A stretch of 64,000 nt of DNA from Lytechinus pictus. Lineage: Eukaryota. A program made the translations under genes and the position numbers. This document shows, piece by piece, positions 26,334 through 40,180 of the stretch (its first letter is position 1; each line of letters opens with the position of its first letter). The DNA lies in contig NC_087245.1 of the NCBI RefSeq assembly GCF_037042905.1, positions 40,612,001 through 40,676,000 on the forward strand. The letters are read 5' to 3'. A model generated the notes under the pieces. The model was not told where the DNA came from. It was given only the letters and a program-made list of their open reading frames with translations, and ran no database searches.

Positions 26334-29300
26334 AGGGGGGTAATAATTATTTTCATCTTCTTGAGTGAGGAAAGGATGGATTTCGTGGCAGACGACATCA
26401 CAGACAGACCACGATCACAATCGATTCTCAATTATCGCAACAAAAGATAACTTCGTATCGGGTTTTCATCATCGGTTTTCATCGAGAAAGAATTACATTC
26501 ATGTATGCATTCTGCTATGTAGTCGATATATACGATAGGCATAAGGGCAAGGGAGATGAGAGCAGGGAGAAAGTCAAATAGTACAAAAAATCATAACTTC
26601 ATCCTTTCCTGTGAGACTCGCACGTACAGGAAAATAATTATTGGAGTTTACAAAAGGGTGCGAAGAAAATGGACGTTATAAATTAGATTGGTCACGCTTT
26701 GTGCGTTTTTGAAATTGGAGTCGATTAAAAGAACACGTTACAGCTATCTGTGGATGGCAATTATTAATGTTGAGGTAGATGGGCATCCGTGGTATACACG
26801 GCCATTATTTTAGCGAATACATTTCCATCGTTGAAGTAATAGAATGAGGAAAAGTTTAAGCAATATAAAAAAACCTAATTCTAATTTTCAAATATTGAAA
26901 TCCGATGTTATCTAAACCACCATGAGTGTATAAGCTGCTATTGAATTTCTTAAAGTGATGAAAATGATTTTGTACCATCATAACTATAATAACCAGTAAA
27001 AGAGCTTGTAATGACTTTAATCATAAACCGTTTCACGTCTATAGTCATTATAATCCATGGTCATGTTTAAGCATGGACGGCTTAACATTAAGGACACCCT
27101 ACCTGCCTACGGTGTCCAATTAGGAAAACTAATATTAACGTTGCTATGGAGATTGATGGTAGATGTGGGCCCCGTTTCAGAAAGAGTTGTGATCAAACGA
27201 AACTCCAAAAATCAATTGCAACTTGCTTTTCAACCAATGGAATGCACGTATTACAGGTCTTGCGCTTGCCCCCCCCCCCCCCGGGTGGGGGTTGCATTCA
27301 AATGAAACCCATCCTGCAACGGACCCCCTGATGGGATACAGGTCACATGATCATGATGGTAAGAAAATATCAGGCTCGTTCCATATGAATTGCCACATTT
27401 CTGAACACCATTATTTAATCGCTATTCAGTGTATATATGGAATATGACCTTGCGTGAGATGCAATTAGGTAATCAACATAATTATTACTGTGTTATGGTC
27501 CGCCATGTTTCGCATAGGATCCCTCTCACCGTATCAGAAAGTTATCATGGTTAAGGGTGTGTCGATCTCTCGGGGCCATATCCGTGATGATTTATGAAAA
27601 AATAAAATCGTTCCTTTCAATTTAGTTGACTATCTTCTAGTGGGTTTACATCCCATCATGATCCTCGGTCCATGAAATTAGCGGATTTGCCTACATTATC
27701 TACATAGGCAACAATTTTAATAGATGCTAACCGTCTCCTCTTCGTTAGGGTGAAGTCCCATCGGGACAGAAGTTGCAGAAGCCAAACAGCACTTAGTTTA
27801 AAAACCTATAGTAGTACATGAGAATTGCTCTCTCTCTCTTTAGTAGTTTGATTGATCAATGATATTGTATGTATGCTCAATCGCGAGAGCTTTCACCATC
27901 CGAGGTCGCACTGATCCCGAGAAAACCCAGCCATGCCAACACAGTGCATAACTCTGTCCACCATCACCACCACCACCACTATTACCACTACCTCCATGCA
28001 CCACCCATTATGCACCTCGATCGAAAGGACTACGTCAACACCATCAGCCTTCCCTTCACCGCCATTGAGAACGTGTCCATGTCTATTTTTATTCTTTGCT
28101 GTTGCTACGTTGGAAGATCTTGAGCAACATTGGTGGCACCAGCGCCAAGATATATCTCGACAATTTACACGTATTCACTACCAACGAGCTTTGCCACAAC
28201 GCTAAGATTTTTTTTTCAGCAGATCGTCGTGGCTATTTGGACGTCGCCATCACATTTAGGTTGCCTCGCCAACGAGTTGTGTACTGGCAAAATGTTATTG
28301 AAAACCATTGAATAGATTAAGAATGAAATAACTATGAAAACTTACATGGACACGCCCTCAACTGAACATGTCATTATGACCTCCATATTGTACCAGTAGT
28401 GCCATGCCAAACAACAGGGAAAGCAAAAAGTAATAATTAGGGGGACATAATCGAGTCAAAAGCTACCCTACCTTCTTAAATCCTGTGACAAAATTATTTT
28501 TGTCCTTATTTACATGCACATTCCATCTTATCGTTAAGTGTGAAGGGAATATGATTAATATCCTTATAATATCTGAGTCATGACTGCATGATAATCATTA
28601 AAAAAAAAGACAGACGACTTACCCATAGGGTGAAGATTGGAAAATTGCCGTTTGATGGAACGGGTTTCCTGCAACGTTTCGCATGGCCGCTAATGCCCGG
28701 ATGTCAACTGTAGTAAAGAGAAACAAAAATATATTAAAAAAATGAACATGAATAAGCTAGACATCCATTTCCTACATTATGAATGTACAAATTAATTTCT
28801 GATTCATGAACTGAAAATTCTCCGCAGATGCATGATGGGACGAGGCTTGATTAACATGCTGATGTATGCCGGGTAATGTGAAAATGTGTTTAATTTGAAG
28901 CAGACGGGTGTGTGAGTGGATCCATCTAATTTGTTGGAAAGAACAGAAAAACTTAATTGTATCGTGCAATCGATATTTGATCCGCAAACCGGTTTAGGAC
29001 TCTCATGGCAACAAAAGATCTGAGTCATGAGAAGTGTTAGAATGCCTACTAAGGCTTCTGTGTCGCCAAAGGCTTTGGGAGATGCAATCAAAGAGAATGA
29101 GACATTACTGATGAGTTCCATGATTGCTAAAAGGCATGGTGAAAACACAGGGACACCACGATGTATGGTGGAAAACAAATTCTTTGTGATGAGTTTTTAC
29201 GAAGGAAACGCGGGCGGTAATGGATCGTTGGTGAACGGAATGGGATGAGATAACGCAAAAAGCAAGAAATGGTCGTGCGGAATACAGGAATAAAATCTTT

Positions 29301-29487
29301 TGTGATCTTTGATTTGATCTCAATCCTACATTTTCGTGTGAAAAAAAGGAAGAGCTACAAATATTTTGATGGAAACTGGACAAAGACAAAATTTTCTGTG
29401 GGAGACTGAAGGTGGAAGATGCGTGTGGTATTACACGACAACTTAATGGCCCGCGTTTAACTCTCGTAAACAATGTTATGATTACTT

Positions 29488-29505
29488 ATATATATATATA
29501 TATAT

Positions 29506-29536
<31 letters not shown>
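29488..29536. repeat. (TA)n microsatellite with a central CATG
   Basis: Directly visible. Confidence 0.95.
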
Positions 29537-32500
29537 CAATCGCATCCCCGTCTTTAATAATAATACTAAGATACTAATAAGCCAAAAATTATAAGGTCTT
29601 CTTTGAAATAATGACCAAATGGAATATTAATGAATTAAAAAAAATCGAACATATTTTATGTCTCCGAGCACTACACGTGTCCGTTATAGGCAATGGCGAG
29701 AAAACAATATAAACCTGATAAAGCATTATTGAAGGAACATCTGAACATAGGCTACATAATTTCTTTTTTTTTTCATTTCTAAAAATTTATTTTATGCAAA
29801 TTGTTGAATTTTCATTTTCAAAATTGTGCAGACGAAATACAGGGTTTCGTGGGACGCAACTTGCTTGAAAAGGAGGATTTTTCCTCTTTTCTGTACAAAT
29901 TTACATTGTGGTCGCCACAGATACGCAATTATGCACTTAATCTACCGCTGGTGGTACATACAATAGATAGTTCTTCTACTTTATCGGTAAGTACGAGATT
30001 AGACCCAGCTAAGAAGGGATAACATGTTTGACAACAATGTCTGAATAACTTGTTTTGAAAACTGTTTACGAATCGCAACGTGGTCTCTCCATTCAGAAGA
30101 GGGGGACAATGGAGTGCGTATATGTAATGTAGGAGAACGCTCCTCTGACAAAATTAACCTCGATACACCGTTTTACACTGATACATTTTCATTCCGTGTG
30201 TCTCCCTGAACGCTTCATTTTAGAAATGAATAAAAAAACAATAATTGATATACCTGTGACACTCGGGCTCTCATTGCTAAATACAACGGTTACTGTAATT
30301 GGAACTGTGGCAACATTCAACATGGTCAAACTTCATCTGATCCTCTGAGGTTTTTTTTTTTGGTATATAAAGCGTTTTAATTGCACTTACAACAAGCGCC
30401 TCATCATTTTTCTCCACAAGATAAACATGTTGGGCACTCAACAGTGTGAGGAATTAGTATTAACAGTGTAAATGACGTATACACTGGCAGAGAGAAGACT
30501 TAACTCACACCACAAATGCAGTTGATATACAAGTCATCTCAAACAACTTCCATAATCTACCCTATAATTCCCTTCCCCTCCATCCTCCCCCAGTCATTGT
30601 CTGTCTTTTTCCTCTACCACTGCCCTTTCTCTTGGCTTTCTTTTCATTTAACCCCTTAACGACATCCGGTGCCTTAATAGCGTAATTTGTTGCCTCTTTT
30701 CCTAATTCTTAAAGACATGTCCTTCTAAAGCGCCAAAGATGCTTATCTTAATGTGGGATAGTGCGTTCATATCTTAGGTAGAAGGGGGCAGATAATGTTT
30801 GTTTTGCCATTTTTCTCGACTTGAACGAATAATCTGTTGATTGATGATGATGAGGAGGATGATGGTGGTGCAATTGGAATACCCAGTGGTCACAGTTCTT
30901 AATCACGATACTAGGGATGTGTATGTATGATCTCAGAGCTACACCTCTTGAGAAAACGCCATTTTATCCACCAACCTAACACCCGAACAACACCCCTCCG
31001 TGACCTTGCCAAATGATTGATTTTCTTAATTTATTCGTATTGTTTACATGGCAGGAAGACAAAGGTCCAGGCACTCATGTCATAAGATCTATGGGTAATG
31101 TAATGATTCCAGCCTGACCACTTTCCCAAGGAGGTGAGTGTGGTAGAAACCTTCAACAGGCATTTCGCTGGTCCGAAGGGTCCTTCGATTCGCTCCGGTT
31201 GTGGATGGTTTCCGATGGACAATGGCGAGATTACTATCGCTCTCATGGGTAATTAAATTATGAGTTACGTACCTGTGCACATGCATACCAATCGCAAAAT
31301 GGGGGTGCGGATGATGGTGGGGTTATGTTTGAACTTTGTGAAGGATTATATAAATGTGTCCAATTTTTTTTTAAAGAAGGTATCTACAAGAAACTCTACA
31401 AAATGGTCCATATACTTGTTAAGTGTTCATTGTTTTTAATGAAAACGATACAAGCATCCTGTCAAAAGTACGAGCAAAGCTAGTAAACAGAAACATACTC
31501 AAAGGGTAGCAAATATGGGAATTATGCGAGGACCTGTGTCAGCAGACCATTACGGAACATTATATGCATTCACCAATTAAAGATAATTTTAACTCCAATA
31601 GTAGATTTGAAAAATAGGACTGTGTGTCAACATCAAAAGAAAAGACCTTGATATACATGTACATGTATATACATGCTCATGCAGCTATCTTACACACAAT
31701 CAGGTCACATGCGTGCTATTCATAAGACCAACATTAATGGAGTCCATCAAAATTATCCTACTTGTTCCCTCGTTGAGAGTGTTCTCAATATCACGGTTGC
31801 CATGGCAATATTGCAAGCATACCACGTCAATACAGAGATGGGTTTTTTTAATTCGGAATCCGTATAAAAACGGCCAAATGTGGGAGTAAACATGGATGAA
31901 AAACATAATCTCGCCTTAGCCCGCTCTGCCAGAAATAGTTTTCTTGCCATTCTGCACAAAATGGGTGTCTTTAAGACGACGAGGACCTGGGCACACATTG
32001 CATGGACAGAAGACGTAGAAGTGGCACAATAGCTTTTCAAAAGGGGTCTTGCATGTACTACTAATATAGAGCCACAGGCAGTCAAGGCATGCTGCACAGT
32101 CTGGCGAGCTGATATGTAGGTCTCGCGTGTGATTCGAAGGAAAGAAAATGATAAGCATACATCATAATCATAATTGTAGTATATATCATTCGGCATAATG
32201 TTTGCTTGCTATGCAAAATAATAATAGTTTGCATACACGTGTAGGCTTTTGAGAAATTAGAGCAGCAGATCAAATATTTCTTATTTGTTATTGGGTAAGG
32301 AACCCCCTCAGAATGTGATCAACATCCCTGTTAAATCCAATCGTTTTCTCACCGGAGGTCTGCCCGAGTCCTATATACCAAGGAAATATGGCATTTGAAT
32401 GTAACCGCGGTAAATCAAACCTAGGTCGCTTTTCAGCAATCCTACCTCGGAACACAGGTTCTGGGCCTTGATTGTTGGGTTGATTTTTTTTATAAAGATT

Positions 32501-35500
32501 GATCATACATAATACTCAATGCAATCGTTCGTAGAAATCAGCCGTACGATCAATCGCTAAGCTTTATGTGACACGACTCAGAGGTAGTCTCGATTGGGAC
32601 CTAGTCCGACCACTTCCTTAGTTTAAAAGGTGCCATGGTGGAACAACGGATATCCCAAATTCTCCGTCATCCGCCAGTACACTCCTACGATTAAAATGTT
32701 ACCGAATTCAGAAGTGTAGTTCAGTTTCACTCAAAAATTATAATCAAATTTTTATTCTTAAACGCCCGACCTATCAAAGGTTCACGGTAAACACGGAATT
32801 AGTCTTGTGCTGCCGGGCGTGCTAGGGAAACGGGAAGCTATTCCATGAACTTGCTCCCAATTCGGGACGCCCTTTGGGACCATTTGTCATCGAAACATCA
32901 ACCTTCATCGACCGGATCACAATCATGAAGCAATCATAGTTAGACATTTGAATTAAAATTCCTACACAGACGGATCAGTGTAACGTGCAAGTGTTCTTCT
33001 AAATTTGCATATCAAATATGAAGCAAAATCCCACTCGTGATGCAGCAGGGCAAGAGAAAGGCGCACATTAGCGATCACGGACCGTAAAATTACGCCGACT
33101 GCGTCCCAGCTGGAAAGGTGCCAAGTTCTGCTTGACTTCACAGCTGTCGCTGGCACTTGACAGAGTACCTACTTGCTTCTCCTTATGTAGGCACGTTTTC
33201 TCAGATCATTTGAGCAGATAATTACCTTAAAATACATGCAATGAAAAGGATGCACCATACAGAGGACTTACAAGACAAATAGTGATTCTGAAGGGGAAAT
33301 TCTTACCTAACCTCGGATATTATTCGATAAAAATTGGATTTCAGCTGTATTTCTATACTGCTTTTTATCTGTACCGGCTGGATTTGTTGCGAATTCGATG
33401 ACAAAATGCTCCATTGAGAAATGATACATGAGGGTTATTGAATAGATCATTTCATACGTACAGTGTGTTTGTCATTCAAGCATTCCGAATGGAAAATATT
33501 ATGTTGCCTGGTCAACGCGTGACAACATCTTGCGCACGTCTAGAAAGAACAACAGTTTTCTGAACATTAAGTTTGAGAAAGTAACATTACAATCGAGTTA
33601 CCATAGGAACTACGAAAAGAGTAAAGGCTGGGGTTGGAAATGAGTTTGACTTTCTAGGAATGTACCACGAGATCCGACTGAAAGTGATAGCCTAGAAACA
33701 GTACACGGATGATGAAGTCTAAATCTCGACCTGGCCCTCGTAGCTCTACCAATTTACCCCACCGAAAGCGAGTAGTCGGGACTAATGGGACACTACGCCC
33801 ACACCTGATACATTGCATAGAGATGCCTCTCTTTAGTCGTAGGCTTGTATCCAAGAACGTCTAAAATATCATATATGAAATAATATTGACAACCGTTGAT
33901 AGAATTTGTTTCAGTTGCATTAATTTCAGTTGAGCGAATGATGTCTTGTATCTTGAGAGCCAACTAAAATACCAATTTCGTGACAATATAAAGATAGATA
34001 CGTATTTGAGTATCCAATAAACATGGTTTATTCAGAAATAACAATTGCATTAATACTAATACTTTCTCTATTTCATCTTCTTATAAATCAATGGACATGT
34101 CATTTTCTGAACAAGACCCCGTTCCTGATGGAAAGTAACACTGATACGCATCACCACGCACCTCACACAAACTAGCACATCCCATAGCTGGGGTGAAAAG
34201 CAGGAATAAAAATGTGTAAACGTTTTGTAGTAAAGCTAAGCATGTAGCCCATTACATTAAATGGAATTCGTCCTTTTTCCGTCTATGTCGACTATATCCC
34301 ATAATCCATTACAGCTGAAGACCATTACATCCAAAACATCAGGTTTCCAATACTATGACAATGAATTACAGGGACAAGACAAATTGCCCAATATCTAGGG
34401 TTCTCTTATGTCAAGTAACTGATTTATTTTTCGCTGCTCCGAGACATCGGCACGTCCGCGGGGGTAACTGAATGTGTTGAGTAAGGATGCAGAGGAGCAT
34501 CGGAACCCCCAGATCGCGAGCTGCAGATACCAAATTGATGACCTACCGATCTGGCTGCATTAGACGGATGAATCTGCAGCAGTGTTCGCTCACCTCAAAT
34601 CAGGCTCACCCCTTTACCAAAAGAAAGCACTCACTACTCCCCTTTAATTTCTTTACTCACAATATTGGGGGTTCGAGAATCCCATAACGTCGCTCCCAAG
34701 TGCGATGGGAAGAAAATACAAATTACAGGCGGGATTTGGTACATTATCGGAGGTTCGATCGCGATTGTTTAGAGTCCATTTCGTGGGCCCCGGGTTTCCC
34801 GCCATCACTCGTCACAACGACCCGAGACGTGAAGTCAAAACAAAAGACACCCGGCAAATTCTGGCAAACACTTTTTCGAGCAATTTGCGCGCCTTTTTGT
34901 CAGCTGAACCAATCTAAGTTCACTCAAAACGTTCAATTAGGTATCTCAAAAGGCAGAAATTATTTCTATCATTGAAATCGAAATTGACTTGTTTTTCATC
35001 AAAGGTAGACATGTGTTTGTATTTTCTGTCAAACAACCATGACGTGAACGGAAGATGTCAAGTTAAGTGAAATTCAGGGAAGCTCTACATTTTCAATGCA
35101 TAAAAAGCATCTTTTGCACTGTTTTACCTCGCGCTGAAACATCTTTGATGTAAATAGTTGTATGTCAGCGAAGGTCCCTAGATTAGCATCACAAATGAAA
35201 CACAAAGCGACCTATAAACCCAGAGTGACTTAGTCTGACCCTTGTTTGCGCCAGGAACTGAAAAAATCTCATTCTGTAGACAGACTGTATTCACTATTCA
35301 GATTTATCAACAACAAAACATATTCATGGATTCTCAGTGAAATATTTTTTTACTGCAGTGTCAAGTCCCAAAAGGATAATGATGTATTACATACATACAT
35401 TTTCGGGAAAAAGCTTCACAATTTTTTTTTTGGAAATGTCATGTTTCAACTTTAGAAATGCCACTATGACTTCGACTCTTAATGTTCAAGGAGCGACCGG

Positions 35501-38500
35501 GGAAAATAAGCTTGTTTTTTATAGAAAGCACAGCCAAGTATTGAACAAGAGTACGAAGACAATGCACTTATACAGCGATGAAAGGATGGTAGAAATAAGA
35601 TAGAAGACTCTAGACTATAGAAACGTGATAGCTGGTCACCCAACATCAGTATAGTTAGATGATTTCTTCTTTAGTAATGACGCTAAGTAATCATGAACAA
35701 CCTACGAGACAAGATAGTATTACTCTATTTGAGTAATGGGATGAAACACAGAGACCTCAAGTAATACGTTTGTATTTAGCGTTTACATCTCGTAATTGCC
35801 TCTGAAAAGGTTAATGTGGACATCAATACGGTTGTTTTGATGTGCGTTGTCTAATTCAACCAGATCGCGTCATGACGATAGACCTACTGCATGACGGGGC
35901 AATGATACGTGATCATGTACCGGCTGACATTGGCCATGTACGATCATTTACCTGATGGGAAAGTTTAATGTCTCGTTTAATGGTTTTCGAACATTGGGTG
36001 GGTGGGTGGGGATGCTGCGGAGGTTCGGCGCCACTTTCGTACAAAACGAGTCGTCGGAACATGTTGGCGTTCGTACATGTACAGTAATAGCTCCATGGTA
36101 TTATGTTGAAGGTTTAAAATGATACTATTTATTTGCACTGTACTAATAGGCGAGTGCAGAATATATATAGGGTCAGTATGGTCAGATATACGAGAATAGA
36201 AGATAAATCAGTTTCAGGTTCATGGCAAATGCTTTGAAAAACATGTCTGATAAAGCAACGCAAGCTCTTGCAATTCCCTATATACTTCAAGAGATGCGGT
36301 CCTTCAAGTCATACTGATCATTCTTGTCCGGCGTCGGGTTCAGTCACTCCCGTAGAGTTCGTAACCATCGACGCCGAAGCGTCATCGTAAGTGTATTTCT
36401 TCAGTCGACCGGAGGGGGGGGGGGGGAGTTACAGTCTCCATGGTAAGAGTCTGTGTGTACCTTGACATTCATGTTCGCTTTGGCGTACAAAAACCCGTCA
36501 CATGATATCGGATATTGCCCGAGGGAAGGAGGGAGAGATGGGTACAATGTTACCTTAAAGTAATGAATGTCTGTAGCGGAGAAATGGCTTGGTACAGCGG
36601 GATGGTATGGATAAATGGACGGTGCAAATACAGAAGAATAGCCCCCCCCCCCCAACAAAAAAGGGGGAGGGGAAATCATTCTTTAATGTAAACTTGACAG
36701 GATCACGGTGAATAACATTAGGGTGAAAATCCTAGGGGATATTATTTGAAGAAGTTACATACAACAAAGAAAGGGTGTAACGATGAGTTAGAGATGAAGG
36801 ATATGGCCGAGAGGGTATAAACTGGAGTAAAACAGGAAGAATTTTTGCAAACCAGAACCGTTTTTTGCCGAATAACTCCACGAAGTCGTGTGTGCTGTCT
36901 TTTCAGGACAGTCAACTGCATGAACAGGGAGCTTTTTAAGACACTGTTGCATAAAACCTATTACCATTTGTCATTCGATGGTAATCACCATTGTAATGGT
37001 GTCTATCAGCCTATCAAAATCAAGGATTCCATAGAAGTGACTATTGGATGGTAAAGTTACCATTATAGTATCGTTTTTATGCAACAGTGCCCGGGTTGGT
37101 CGAAGAAACATCCATTTTGAATAATCGAATTCAATTACAAGTGACCACTTTCATAATTATCTATCTTCGAACCACTATTTACCACATGACAAATAAAACG
37201 AACGAGGAATTCAGAAAGCAAAATAATACCTTGCGATTGTTACTTCTCTGCCATTGCCATAATGATAATTGCGTGCTATTAATGGACACCACTTTTCTGG
37301 CATTCATCTTCATTACATCATCGATGCATTACACACGCACGAGACATTTTATATCCAAACTTTGCCTTTCCATTCTCTTCGATCACGTCCTTTCATTGTA
37401 AATGAGCATAGCTACGTAATTGGGTGGAAACCAATATCAAATATCAAATATTACCGATGCTCATCTAGTCCCTCTCTCTCTTAACATCGCATCATGTTCA
37501 CATGTTTTGTCATTCCTGCATTCGAAAGAACGAGAAGGGACTTCTGACTTCCCCCGAACAATACCCAACCAGATAATATTTCACTGTCTCAAATTTCATA
37601 TTCACTGTAAAAACAACCAAAACGATATGATATGTCAAATTTTGGTTTCATTATTTTTGCGATTAAAGTATAGTGACATCGATGTAACCTTATACGATTT
37701 AAAATAACACGAGGGTTAACGAGTAGGTGATGGCTAAAAGACAAAATGGGGAATTCATAAGCTATAGTATTTGCTCGTAAAAGATGATACGAATGTATAC
37801 ATGAAACTTAAAATTGCATACAAAGTAAGATTTCCCATTTGAAATAGGTGTATTTATGCAGTTCAAACCACGGGAAAATAAAGTACAGTATTTCAAATGG
37901 TATAAAAGATTTTCTTTTAGGCTAAAGGCAATTTTTTTTTCTTTTTACTGGTAAGTCAAATTTAAGTATAATTTTCAGGCGAATCCGTGTATAGTATTGT
38001 CTCGTCGTAGATAGCTTTATATTCGTTTTAAATTATTTCTTTCAAATCATATTACAGACTTGACCTATAAATATTCCTAAATGCATTTGGGAATAGCCAT
38101 AACGGCATTTCTTCGGAGCGAGAAGGGGACATTTTTCGTACAACAGACCTTTACTAGTACATATATCACCCTATAGCAAAGTCGTGCTGTTTTGGCGTCT
38201 CAAAAACGCTCCCGAATGTTTGCGATAAATAAGAAGAATAAAAAAAGACCGTTTAATCCCCAACCTTCGCGCCACATTACCACACCATGTCCGAGGATCA
38301 ATTCCTAAGGAGAATCAGGGATGTGAGAAAAAAGGGATTCTAATTTGTGTCTTTTGTTTGTTGGTTCATCCAGCTGTTTCTGATATCTTCCCCCTTAACA
38401 TGACACGAAGATTTGATCCCGTGTAAACAATGTTAATCCGCGGCAACATACCGACTATCTCCCTCATGTCTTGATCTCACGTGACCCTTTTCCCCCTGCA

Positions 38501-38582
38501 GAGAGTTAGGTGACATGGCGGAGACATGATTTCATGTTGCACAGGGGTCAGGCCATAACCATGCTTTCATATCCATCATGTC

Positions 38583-38722
38583 GGGTGGGTGTTTCACGAG
38601 GCGAATAGTCAGTGATTTTTCCCCTACTGATGTGTTCTGAGCCAATCAGAAGCAGGGATTTCAGCAGCGTACAACAGTTGTCAGTGACAATCACTGACTA
38701 TGTGTTCCATGAAATGCTTCCC
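38583..38722 (+). mobile_element. Harbinger-like MITE, CCAAT family, copy 5
   Basis: Core TGTTCTGAGCCAATCAGAAGCAGGGATTTCAGCAGC and right end CATGAAATGCTTCCC. Confidence 0.65.
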
Positions 38723-40074
38723 TTGACAGGCTGGATGTGCTTTGGATGCGCCAAGAACATACTACGTGTATCGAAAAGGGCAACAGCACGAAAGCATGAT
38801 CAAGAACGACGAAGATGTCCCGGAGGCTGACGAGCTGCTTGGGCTTCACTAATGCTAAATAAAAACAACATATGAATATGTGTTCCAATTCAGCAACCAA
38901 ACACCACGGGTTTACGTCACATCAGAGGGACTTCGTAAGTTCGTATTGTAGTTGATATGTCCTGTCACTCACATTTGTAGGCTATAATAAAAGTTTACTT
39001 TTCATTGAATTTTGCTGAAAATTACAAGATATTCTCCCATTCAAAATCGATGTTTGCCCTACAGCATGAATAGCAGAGCTTGGTGATAACATGTTTACGA
39101 TAGAAAACAAGATCATTAGGCCCTCGAGAATGGCAATCAAAACCTTTTGAACAAGGCACTCGATTCAGATGACTGTACAGCAAACGCGTAGGTCGAAAAA
39201 TTACCAATATTAAACATTTCAGCAGATGAATGCTAGCAAATATATATGTTATCATGTTTCAGGTTGAACAAGACATTAATGTCAGCAGAACGTTTACACT
39301 GGGATCTTGGAGTTTGGTGATGAATAGGGGTGGGTAGGGATCACCACCGCCGCTGACATTAACGGGGGAAGGGGGCACTGAACTTGGTGTCGTATCCCCC
39401 TCTCGAACTTCTTCAACTCCAGTCGGGTTACTCCACATCAGGTTTTCCAGTTTTCGTCTCATCCAACATGTTCAAGAGAACTATTTGGTCTGTATCATTC
39501 AATAAGAGGCACTTATCGAAGATTTATATCATTTTAATTGGGTCGTTGAAGGACGGGTATCATAAACAGAAGGTTTAGGGTTCAAATATCACCCCATGCC
39601 GCCATTACGTACAAGTCATGGTATAAAGACGTAAAAAAATCCTCAATGCAAACGATATAGCAGCATGACGAACTACAGTAAATGCCAAAAGCTGAAAGGA
39701 CAAAACCACTTACAACACCAAAATCAGTCTAAACAAGCCCAAGTGCTCGTTTCAACAACATAAGCAACAAAATCATCTACCGCCACCACTAACCACACCA
39801 TTTTATCTTGGAAGCAGCATACATTTTGCTACAAATGAAAAGGACATTGAACTCCAAACCTCACCCTTATCGCTTGTCCTAGTTACTCCTGTTTCCAGAT
39901 CAGCGTTAGATACTCGCATCGATTTCTCGGTAAGGAGATGAGCAAATCAACGCGTAAAGACTCTCGAATCGTTGCCAATGCAATGGTTTGTCACCGATTT
40001 AGTGCGCTAATCATGCTCAAAATCCATTCTTAAATATGGTGTAACTGTTGTTTCTTGTCGACGAGGTGTATCCT

Positions 40075-40180
40075 TCTTTGTTTCTTTCTTTCTTTCTTCT
40101 TCTTCTTCTTCTTCTCCTTAATCTTTTTCATCATCATCATCATCACCATCATCATCATTTTCTTCTTTTTCTTCATCTTG
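40075..40180. repeat. (CTT)n/(CAT)n microsatellite
   Basis: Directly visible. Confidence 0.9.

Noticed and set aside
36554..36570. 17-nt AG...GT microexon (DIHYFK)
   Set aside because: It leaves phase 0 with no supported downstream exon, and such site pairs occur by chance in long introns.
39259..39462. Pro/Ser/Gly-rich minus-strand ORF as RBM24 exon 3
   Set aside because: No in-phase acceptor for that frame and no family similarity.
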